Shown in pieces: positions 1 through 7,310 of a stretch of DNA of 15,047 nt. The stretch comes from Candidatus Helarchaeota ASGARD archaeon Hel_GB_B (GTDB taxonomy: Archaea; Asgardarchaeota; Lokiarchaeia; Helarchaeales; HEL-GB-B): positions 1 through 15,047 of the forward strand of contig SUPR01000084.1 in NCBI GenBank assembly GCA_005191425.1. Reading direction: 5' to 3'. The notes under the pieces were generated by a model that searched no databases, was not told the origin of the DNA, and worked only from the letters and a program-made list of their open reading frames with translations. Numbering within the stretch: the stretch's first letter is position 1; every line of letters begins with the position of its first letter. The position numbers and the translations under genes are program-made.

Positions 1-120
1 CCTTTAGTGTTTCTTATCATAAACATTAATAAAAAGATCTCATAAAAGAGATTCTTTTGTCTATTGCATAGGAAAAAAATAGAAAATCAGTAGCAAATTC
101 GTTATTGATCAGAACGTAGT

Positions 121-2127
121 ATGGAAGATTATAATATGACTCAAGCAGAAAAAGCCGCAAAAAGTGGTCTAAAAACAGAAGAAACTGAGGAACCAAGGAT
201 CGGTGTATTTGTATGTCGATGAGGTATTAATATTGCTGGCGTAATTGATGTCCCCGAATGCGTTAAATATGCTAAAACACTTCCTAATGTAGTATGCTCC
301 GAAGAATACCTTTCCATGTGCACAGAACCTGGTGCAGCATTTATTGCTGAAAAAATAAAAGAAAACAATTTAAATCGGGTTATTGTTGCCGCTTGTACAC
401 CTCGAACCCATGAACCAGTATTTCATTCGGTCTTAAAGGACGCCGGATTACAACCTAGATATCTTGAATTTACTAATATTAGAGAACACGTAGCATTTGT
501 CCACATGAATGAACCTGAACTTGCAACTGAACAAGCCAAAGAATTACTTAAGGCAGCAGCTAAACGAGCTGCTATATTAGAACCCGTACCTACTAAGATC
601 GTGAACATTACTCCAACAGTGCTAATAGTTGGTGGTGGTGTTGCCGGTCTCAGCGCAGCTTTAGATATTGCAAATACTGGATATGATGTCTACATCGTAG
701 AAAAAGAAACAACAATCGGTGGTAAAATGGCAATGATGGACCGGGTATTCCCCACTGATGACTGTAGTATATGAATTCTCGGCCCAAAAATGCTTGAAGC
801 TGCTAGACATCCAAAAATTCACATTATATCCCATGCTGAAGTTAAAAGTGCTTCGGGTTTTATCGGTAATTTCAAAATAATTGTTGAGAAAAAACCAAGA
901 TATATAAAAGAGACCGGACCAAATGCATGTACCGGATGTGGCGCTTGCAGAGATGTTTGTCCAATATCATATCCAAACTGGTTTAACCAAGGCTTCTCAC
1001 CACGAAAAGCAATTGACCTTGCCTTTGCTCAAGCTGTCCCAACAATTTATGATATCAATATTGACAAGTGCATTAAATGCTATAATTGTGTTGATGCTTG
1101 TGATGTGAATTCTATCGATTTTTCACAAGAACCTGAAGAAATTGAACTCGATATTGGTCTAATAATTGTTGCAACAGGTTGGGACATCTATACAAGCGAC
1201 CAATATGGTTATGGTGAATATAAAAATGTCATAAATCAATTGGAATTGGAACGATTATTGGCTCCTAATGGTCCTACTGGCAGTCATGTAATCCGTCCTT
1301 CGGATAATAAAACACCTAGAAGAGTAGTAATGATCCAATGCGTAGGTTCTAGAGATTGCCACCATAATGCATATTGTTCAGCAGTATGTTGCTTGGTCGC
1401 AATGAAAAATGCTAAATTACTAAAAGCTGAATATCCAGACATTGAAGTTGCTATCTGTTTTATCGATATCAGAGCTGCAGGAAAAGATTATGAAGAATAT
1501 TATAGAAGAGCTAGAGAATCCGGTATTTCGTTCATAAAAGGCAAAGTAGCAAGAGTAGAAGAAGACCCTATTACAAAAAATCTCCAATGTTTGGTCGAAG
1601 ATATGTCAGGTAATAGACATTTAGTATTAGAAGCAGATTTGGTCGTACTATCGTCTGCAGCAGTACCTACTCGGGGAACTGAAAAAGTCTCTGAAACATT
1701 AAAATTAGAACGCGGATCTGATGGGTTTTTCAGAGAATTTCATGCGCGACTTGATCCAATTTCAACAAAAGTCCCAGGTATATTTATTGCAGGATTTGCA
1801 CAAGGACCAAAAGCAATTGAATTCTCAGTATCTCAAGGTAAAGGCGCTGCAGCATCAGCAATTCAACTTCTAAAAAAAGGCGAATACGTAATTGAACTTA
1901 TCAGGGCTGTTGTCGATTTAGATCGGTGTTCTAAATGTGGCGAATGTATTGCAATATGTCCCTATAATGCAATATCATTTAATAGCGAAGGAAATATTGA
2001 AGTAAGTGATGTAGCTTGTCGTGGCTGTGGTGCTTGCGCAGCGATATGCCGGTCCAATAGTATAACCTTACGATATTATCGAGATATCCAATTTGAAGAA
2101 TACATTGACGCACTTCTTGCGGTTTAA
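121..2127 (+). CDS. hdrA: Heterodisulfide reductase subunit A-like flavoprotein, predicted selenoprotein with two Sec (about 668 aa; alternative start ATG 136)
   Basis: ATG 121, track ORF 316-774 and track ORF 790-2127 are all in one frame, broken only by TGA 220-222 and TGA 772-774. Read-through gives RIGVFVCR(U)GINIAG, AACTPRTHE, the FAD motif GGGVAGLSAA, FPTDDCSI(U)ILGPKM, QCVGSRD..YCSAVCC and four CxxCxxCxxxC ferredoxin motifs. The real stop is TAA 2125-2127. Confidence 0.95.
220..222 (+). other. In-frame UGA, predicted selenocysteine (codon 34 of hdrA)
   Basis: Occupies the second Cys of the HdrA N-terminal VFVCxCGxNIAG motif; HdrA-like sequence continues on both sides in the same frame. 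Confidence 0.88.
772..774 (+). other. In-frame UGA, predicted selenocysteine (codon 218 of hdrA)
   Basis: FPTDDCSI*ILGPKM matches the FPTxDCxxC/U motif, the known Sec site of Methanococcales HdrA. Confidence 0.93.
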
Positions 2128-2147
2128 ATATGAAAAATGTTCTATAC

Positions 2148-2217
2148 GCGAATCTGGATGACCTTATATAAAAAAATCAAATTATATAAGGGACGCTGTT
2201 TGCAAAACAGGATTCGT
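2148..2217 (+). promoter_or_regulatory. SECIS element 1 (eukaryote-like AUGA/GA core, three-way junction) in the hdrA 3' UTR
   Basis: ATGA 2158-2161. Perfect 10-bp helix CCTTATATAA 2162-2171 / TTATATAAGG 2182-2191 with A-rich loop AAAAATCAAA. GA 2192-2193. Side hairpin CTGTT-TGCAA-AACAG 2196-2210. Basal helix CGAATC 2149-2154 / GATTCG 2211-2216. Confidence 0.88.
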
Positions 2218-2244
2218 ATTTAAAAAATATCTAAGATGATTAAA

Positions 2245-2667
2245 ATGGCAGAATTCTTGCCAAAAATAGCTGCATTCCTCTGTAATAAATGAGGTTACGG
2301 CGCACTTGATATGGCGGGCACAATTAGGGCACAATATCCCGCATCATTCCGGACTGTCCGAGTTACATGTACTGGACGAGTATCAGCAGACCTAATATTT
2401 CGTGCCTTACGCAAAGGTGCTGATGGCGTTGCCGTAATCGGATGATATGAAGGGGAATGCGATTTCGAAAGTGGAAACCTATCTGCTAAAAGACAGGTAG
2501 AAATGGTCCAAATAATCTTGGAGTCCATTGGTATAAGTCCTGAACGTGTAATAATGGACCATTGCTCCTCTGCTGAAGGCGCTAAAATAGCCGAGATTGC
2601 ACGCAAAATGACTGCTAAGTTAAAAGAATTGGGACCAAGTCCACTTAAAATTTCAGAATCCGAATAA
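2245..2667 (+). CDS. mvhD: MvhD/VhuD/FlxD-family [2Fe-2S] subunit, predicted selenoprotein with two Sec (140 aa); absent from the ORF track
   Basis: Manual translation from ATG 2245: MAEFLPKIAAFLCNK(U)GYGALDMAG...RVTCTGRV...GADGVAVIG(U)YEGECDFESGN...ELGPSPLKISESE, stop TAA 2665-2667. Matches the MvhD pattern FxCxx(C/U)xY, RVxCxGRV, GADGVxxxG(C/U)xxGxC. An in-frame ATG at 2236 is an alternative start. Confidence 0.95.
2290..2292 (+). other. In-frame UGA, predicted selenocysteine (codon 16 of mvhD)
   Basis: FLCNK*GYG aligns with the MvhD FxCxWCxY motif and the methanococcal VhuD Sec site. Confidence 0.92.
2443..2445 (+). other. In-frame UGA, predicted selenocysteine (codon 67 of mvhD)
   Basis: GADGVAVIG*YEGEC aligns with GADGVxxxGCxxGxC. 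Confidence 0.92.
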
Positions 2668-2730
2668 GAATGACCCCTATGGAAAAAGTTTATGCATAGG
2701 GTGATGTCCTACGCAATAGGATAATTCGGA
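2659..2730 (+). promoter_or_regulatory. SECIS element 2 (eukaryote-like AUGA/GA core, three-way junction) at the mvhD 3' end
   Basis: ATGA 2670-2673. C/T mismatch, then helix CCCTATG 2675-2681 / CATAGGG 2695-2701 with A-rich loop GAAAAAGTTTATG. GA 2703-2704. Side hairpin TCCTA-CGCAA-TAGGA 2707-2721. Basal helix TCCGAAT 2659-2665 / ATTCGGA 2724-2730. Confidence 0.85.
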
Positions 2731-2763
2731 ATAAATTAAATAAAAAATAAATGAGGCATTCCA

Positions 2764-3930
2764 ATGGAATTAGAAAAAACATATGATATTGGTACCAGCA
2801 AAAATATAATGGAATTAATGAAATTATTCCTTAAAGCCAATATTGTCGAGTCTGTCTTATGGTTCGATACAAAAAAGACTCGGTTCGACCTTGCACCCAA
2901 AGAAATAACAAACCCCGATGACCTAACCCAGGATTTACTTGGACAATATTGTCTCTATAATTATGATAGACTCGATACTACCGCTAATTTCGTGAGAAAA
3001 AAGCTGGATGGCGCTAAAAATAAAAAAATAGCTGTTATTGCTAAGCCATGTGATATTAGAGCATTCATCGAACTTTCAAAAGTTAGACAAGTTAATCTTG
3101 ATAATATTTTAATTGTTGGAATAGAATGCCCTGAAACTATAAATAAAAAAGTGTTGATTAAAACACTTGAAAAAGAAGGAATTGATACTGAAAAGATTGT
3201 CGGTGAATCTCGAATATCTGTCGAACAAATCTCATTTAAACTTGAAACTGGTAATAAAATCATTGATATTAAAGATGGACTTGTATATCTTAATTGCACT
3301 AGATGCCCAAGAAAAATTTCAATGAAATCTGATTTAAATATTGGAGAACGAGGCCAAGATAAATGGATTGTCCAAATTGTATCAGAAAAAGGTAAAAAAG
3401 CTATTGATAGTGTCGCTACAGACAATTTAATCTCAGGAATTTCGGAAGGTGAAAATGAATTAGTAAATAAATTAATCGACATCTCTCAACAAAATAGGGC
3501 AGCTGATTTTGAGAAGCTTGATGCAATGACAAATAAAGAAAGGTTTAAATTATTCTACGACACCTTCTCTAAATGTAGAAAATGTGCCAGTTGTATTAAT
3601 GTTTGTCCGGTTTGTTTCTGTCATGATTGTGACTTACAGCGTAAAACTAAACTTGAGAGAGCTGATAAAAAAGCAGGTGTCGAAAACTGGGAAAAAATGG
3701 ATCGCATCCTTTATATTCTAACAAAAATGGGCCATATGTGTGACTCATGTATTGAATGCGGTAAATGTTCTCAAGTTTGTCCTGTTGGTATACCATCAGC
3801 TGATACTTACCGATATATTAATGATAAAATTCAGAAAAAATATGGCTATGTCGCAGGTAATAGCGTGGACGAAATGTCTCCAAGGTCTGGAATTGAAATC
3901 AAAAAATTGCTAGAAGCCTTAAATAAATAA
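2764..3930 (+). CDS. FdhB/FrhB-family iron-sulfur protein (formate dehydrogenase beta subunit-like, divergent)
   Basis: KIAVIAKPCDIRAFIELSKVRQVNLDNILIVGIEC resembles methanogen FdhB (KPCD..ELAK..QxNLDNxxxIGLNC). Also NCTRC and the C-terminal cluster motifs CRKCASCINVCPVCFCHDC and CDSCIECGKCSQVCP. GAGG ribosome-binding site 7 nt upstream. Confidence 0.8.
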   Translation: MELEKTYDIGTSKNIMELMKLFLKANIVESVLWFDTKKTRFDLAPKEITNPDDLTQDLLGQYCLYNYDRLDTTANFVRKKLDGAKNKKIAVIAKPCDIRAFIELSKVRQVNLDNILIVGIECPETINKKVLIKTLEKEGIDTEKIVGESRISVEQISFKLETGNKIIDIKDGLVYLNCTRCPRKISMKSDLNIGERGQDKWIVQIVSEKGKKAIDSVATDNLISGISEGENELVNKLIDISQQNRAADFEKLDAMTNKERFKLFYDTFSKCRKCASCINVCPVCFCHDCDLQRKTKLERADKKAGVENWEKMDRILYILTKMGHMCDSCIECGKCSQVCPVGIPSADTYRYINDKIQKKYGYVAGNSVDEMSPRSGIEIKKLLEALNK

Positions 3931-3932
3931 CT

Positions 3933-3944
3933 TCCTTTTTTTAT
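3933..3944 (+). terminator. Putative archaeal oligo-U terminator after the fdhB-like gene
   Basis: TCCTTTTTTTAT begins 2 nt after the stop codon at the end of the cluster; the next gene is convergent. Confidence 0.55.
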
Positions 3945-4073
3945 AATACAAAATTATTTATTTAAATTTATTATTTTATAAATTAGGCAGTAATTATTAT
4001 AAATTAATTCACTAAAATTAAACCATTTTATATTTAAAACTAAAATCAATAAAAATTTGTTAGAATTTATAAA

Positions 4074-5531
4074 TTAAGGTTTGTCTATTTTAAGAGTGGG
4101 GAATAAAATTACATCTTTTAAAGACTCTGAATTAGTGATTATCGCAGTTATACGGTCTATTCCTAAACCAAGCCCAGAGTTGGGTGGCATACCATACTCC
4201 ATACATTCGATATAATCTTTTTCCATCATCATTGTCTCATCATCACCTTTTTCCCGATACTTTTGTTGTTGTATCATTCGTTGGTATTGTTCTAAAGGGT
4301 CTATAAGTTCTGAATAGGCTTTTACAATTTCCCATGTATTGACTACAACCTGAAACATGTTAAGAATTTCTGGGTTTTCATCATTTCTTCGAGCTAATGG
4401 GACCAATTCGGATGGATGATAAGTAAGAAATGTGGGTTGAATTAATTTTGGTCTTACGGTTTTCTTATAAAGGCCATCTATTAATGCAGGATGTGATTTA
4501 TATTCATCTGGATTTATTTCTGGTTTATATTTCCTGATAGCATCAGCAAGTTCATCATATGTCTTATATTTTCTTAGGTCTATTTTTGTTTCTTTTTTAA
4601 TTGCATCAATATATGAAATCTCTGGCCAATTTCCACCAAAATCCAGAGTAATACCTCTATATTCAATTTTTGTTGTGTTCAGAAACTTCAAAAGAATTGA
4701 TTGGATAAGCTCTTGTATGAATTTCATATTATCCCGAAAATTCCAATAAGCAGCATACCATTCTAACATAGTAAATTCTGGTAGATGAGAAGGATCTACA
4801 TCTTCATTGCGGAAATTCCTAGAAAGCTCATATACTCGTTCAAACCCACCTACTACTAATCGCTTCAAATATGTTTCTGGAGAAATACGAAGATAAAGAT
4901 TACTCTTAAGAAAATTATGGTATGTAATAAATGGACGGGCAGCGGCTCCAGAAGCTGCTGCTTGAAGGATTGGCGTTTCAACTTCTATAAAATCGTGTTC
5001 ATCAAGAAATTTTCTTATATAACTAATAATTTTTGACCTTAAAATAAAACGCTTCCTAGTATTCTCATTTGTAATAAGGTCTAAATATCTTTGGCGATAA
5101 CATAATTCTTTATCTTGTAGTCCATGCCACTTTTCTGGTAATCCTCTAAGGCTTTTCGATAAAAATGTAATGCTTTTTGAACCTATAGTCCGTTCGCCTC
5201 TTTTTGTAGTCCATAGTTCACCTTCAATACCTATAAAATCTCCTATGTCTACTAATGTTTTTACCATTTTAAATTGCTCTTCAGATAATTTGTTTTCTTG
5301 AAAACTTACTTGAGCTCTACCTGATCTGTCAAATAAATGTGCAAAAATTAATTTTCCAAAACTTCTTTTTGTTATCATTCTGCCTGCAACTCGAACTGGC
5401 TCTCCATCCGGCAGCGCTATTGCTTCTAATAATGTATGACTACATTTAAATTTATCTGCATAAGGAATTATTCCTAAATCTCTAAGCTTCTTCAACTTTT
5501 CTATTCGTGCCCTGCGTATATCTTCACTCAT
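4074..5531 (-). CDS. lysS: Lysine--tRNA ligase, class II (LysRS2)
   Basis: N-terminal OB-fold (VRVAGRMITKRSFGKLIFAHL), FIEVETPIL (motif 1), FERVYELSRNFRNE (motif 2), YGMPPNSGLGLGIDR (motif 3), terminal DVILFP. Confidence 0.95.
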   Translation of the reverse strand: MSEDIRRARIEKLKKLRDLGIIPYADKFKCSHTLLEAIALPDGEPVRVAGRMITKRSFGKLIFAHLFDRSGRAQVSFQENKLSEEQFKMVKTLVDIGDFIGIEGELWTTKRGERTIGSKSITFLSKSLRGLPEKWHGLQDKELCYRQRYLDLITNENTRKRFILRSKIISYIRKFLDEHDFIEVETPILQAAASGAAARPFITYHNFLKSNLYLRISPETYLKRLVVGGFERVYELSRNFRNEDVDPSHLPEFTMLEWYAAYWNFRDNMKFIQELIQSILLKFLNTTKIEYRGITLDFGGNWPEISYIDAIKKETKIDLRKYKTYDELADAIRKYKPEINPDEYKSHPALIDGLYKKTVRPKLIQPTFLTYHPSELVPLARRNDENPEILNMFQVVVNTWEIVKAYSELIDPLEQYQRMIQQQKYREKGDDETMMMEKDYIECMEYGMPPNSGLGLGIDRITAIITNSESLKDVILFPTLKIDKP

Positions 5532-5913
5532 TTTTTTTCTCCATAAATTACTGATTAAAATTGATATTTTTTATATTACCTTTTGAAATTATCTTGATTA
5601 TTTAAATTTGGCTTATTTTTAGCATTATTATTGTTGGATAAATTAAAAGATTATTATTAAGTTTTTCTTGAATTATTATTTATCCATATATAAATTCTAT
5701 CAAATATTCTATTATTTACCCTAAAATAAATTGGTACCAGATAAAATAAATCTCTTTACAATTTCAAATACATTTTCAAAAATTTAAGTAAAATAATCAG
5801 ATATAATTTTTCTTTTAAAAGAAAAATGAACTTTAACCTTTATCTTTTAAAATTTTATTATCGTTTCTTATCCTTTAGTTCCTTAAATATTATCAATTCC
5901 TTAATTTGAATAA

Positions 5914-6237
5914 TTACTCTACCTTTAAAATTTCTTGAATTAAATCTTCAATTAAATCTGGAATAACTTCCTCGGAAATTTTAAGATTTTGCTTCTTAAC
6001 TTCTAAATCTTTTCTTAAAGCTTGCTCTTTTTGTCTCACCAATTCTAGTGTCTCTTCTTCCAATTTTTTGATCTCTTTTTTCGCATTTTCAATCTCTTTT
6101 ATCCTTAATTTCTCAATACTTTGTTTTACATTTCTAAGTAACTCTTCTGAATCTACTTTTGCTTTCTCAATTATTTTATTTCCATCTTTTTCTATTTCTT
6201 GAATAATTTCAAGTAATTCCTTCATTCTAACCTTCAC
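5914..6237 (-). CDS. atpH: A/V-type ATP synthase subunit H (peripheral stalk, G-like); start GTG 6237 or ATG 6225
   Basis: 107 aa, highly charged, coiled-coil-like (LLEIIQEIEKDGNKIIEKAK). Overlaps the subunit C stop and is the only subunit otherwise missing from the cluster. Confidence 0.7.
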   Translation of the reverse strand: MKVRMKELLEIIQEIEKDGNKIIEKAKVDSEELLRNVKQSIEKLRIKEIENAKKEIKKLEEETLELVRQKEQALRKDLEVKKQNLKISEEVIPDLIEDLIQEILKVE

Positions 6238-7310
6238 TCATTTAAAATCAAATTATTTTTTATATCACTAGGAGTCATTTTTAAATTAATTCCATTTAAA
6301 ATAATTATTAAATTATTTATTTCATATTCTGTAAGTTTTAAAACGGCTAATGGATAACTAATATTATATAATCGTAATTTGGATAAAGATAAAGAATTAA
6401 CAAAAAATTTATACTTTTTTCTCATCAAAATGTAATACAATTTATCTAATGTGTCTACTTCATTAATATTGAGATTGGATTTAAAAATTTTATTAATAAT
6501 TCCTAGATCTCTGTTTATATCATAAGATTTTGAGTTTATTAAATTCTCAAGAAGTATTTCATTAGTAATATTCGGGTCATAAATCATAAATCTGTAAATT
6601 TGGTGGGCTTTTAAATTTAATTTTTTTGTTCTGAAGATAGCAAGAACATTATAACCATTAATTATTAATTTTAGATAATTAAGCACGAAATTTTTGTCAT
6701 AATTATTTTTTAAATTCTTACATTCTATTATTAGATTTTTAAAATAATCTAAATCCAAGAATACATCAAACATATAAATTGATTTACTTTCTTCATAGAT
6801 ATGGAAAGCCTGTTGTAAATCATTCTTATAATTACCAAATGTAATTGAATTGATTAAATCCAATAAACTGCTCGCATGCATTAAACGTTCAAAATTTTTT
6901 TCATGATTAAGGAATTTTTCTATTGAATGGTGTATTAATGAATCAATTTCTGAATAAGAATAATTTAGAATTTTAGCTCTATATAATTTCTTTAAATTGT
7001 CCATCTCAAATTTTAAAAATTCTTGATAAATATAGTTTGATATAAATAATGGAGATGATTTTAAGAATTTTATATAAAGAGAAATGAGATATTCCTTTAA
7101 AACAAATTCAATTGATTCAATACTTTCAGGTTTATAATACTCAATAAGATTATTGTATTTTAAATCTTTAAGTTCATTTACAAACTCTTCTATAGATGAT
7201 AATTTTGTTAATGAAACTAATTTTTCTTGCTTTAATAAACGTGGCTTTTCGGCGCTTACTATTGGAATTAAATATTCTATATCCATTTCTCTATTTTTTA
7301 AATGGATCAT
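6234..7310 (-). CDS. atpC: A/V-type ATP synthase subunit C (d-like)
   Basis: 358 aa; EMDNLKKLYRAK and C-terminal YEINNLIIILNG resemble the family motifs DxxNIKxxLRAK and ExEIxNLRxI. GGAGG site 6 nt upstream. Ends in TGA. Confidence 0.8.
   Translation of the reverse strand: MIHLKNREMDIEYLIPIVSAEKPRLLKQEKLVSLTKLSSIEEFVNELKDLKYNNLIEYYKPESIESIEFVLKEYLISLYIKFLKSSPLFISNYIYQEFLKFEMDNLKKLYRAKILNYSYSEIDSLIHHSIEKFLNHEKNFERLMHASSLLDLINSITFGNYKNDLQQAFHIYEESKSIYMFDVFLDLDYFKNLIIECKNLKNNYDKNFVLNYLKLIINGYNVLAIFRTKKLNLKAHQIYRFMIYDPNITNEILLENLINSKSYDINRDLGIINKIFKSNLNINEVDTLDKLYYILMRKKYKFFVNSLSLSKLRLYNISYPLAVLKLTEYEINNLIIILNGINLKMTPSDIKNNLILNE

Noticed and set aside
32-58. Imperfect inverted repeat AAAAGATCTC-ATAAAA-GAGATTCTTTT upstream of hdrA
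   Set aside because: Could be an operator or terminator, but it is AT-rich, single-copy and lacks left-hand context; not supportable.
481-504. HdrA REHVAFVH lacking the Cys of the common REHCSFVH/REQCSWVH motif
   Set aside because: As I recall, this position varies among functional HdrA proteins (for example Asp), so it is not evidence of anything unusual.
141-608. Minus-strand ORFs 141-368 and 423-608
   Set aside because: Antisense shadows of hdrA with no recognisable motifs.
923-1108. Plus-strand 61-aa ORF
   Set aside because: Alternative frame inside hdrA with no family features.
316-2127. Track ORFs 316-774 and 790-2127 as two genes, or hdrA as a nonsense-disrupted pseudogene
   Set aside because: Same frame, interruptions are only TGA at conserved Cys sites, all motifs are intact and a SECIS follows; Sec recoding explains this better.
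223-2500. Bacterial-type SECIS hairpins immediately 3' of the UGA codons
   Set aside because: No convincing or shared stem-loop is visible after any of the four UGAs by eye; not formally folded.
2295-2606. Minus-strand 103-aa ORF
   Set aside because: Antisense shadow of the recoded mvhD gene.
2961-3482. Minus-strand 173-aa ORF
   Set aside because: Ser/Ile/Phe-rich antisense shadow of the fdhB-like gene.
5532-5913. Small ORF, tRNA, ncRNA or CRISPR array in the 382-nt intergenic gap
   Set aside because: Only very short reading frames in the frames I checked, and no cloverleaf, GC-rich stem or regularly spaced repeats.
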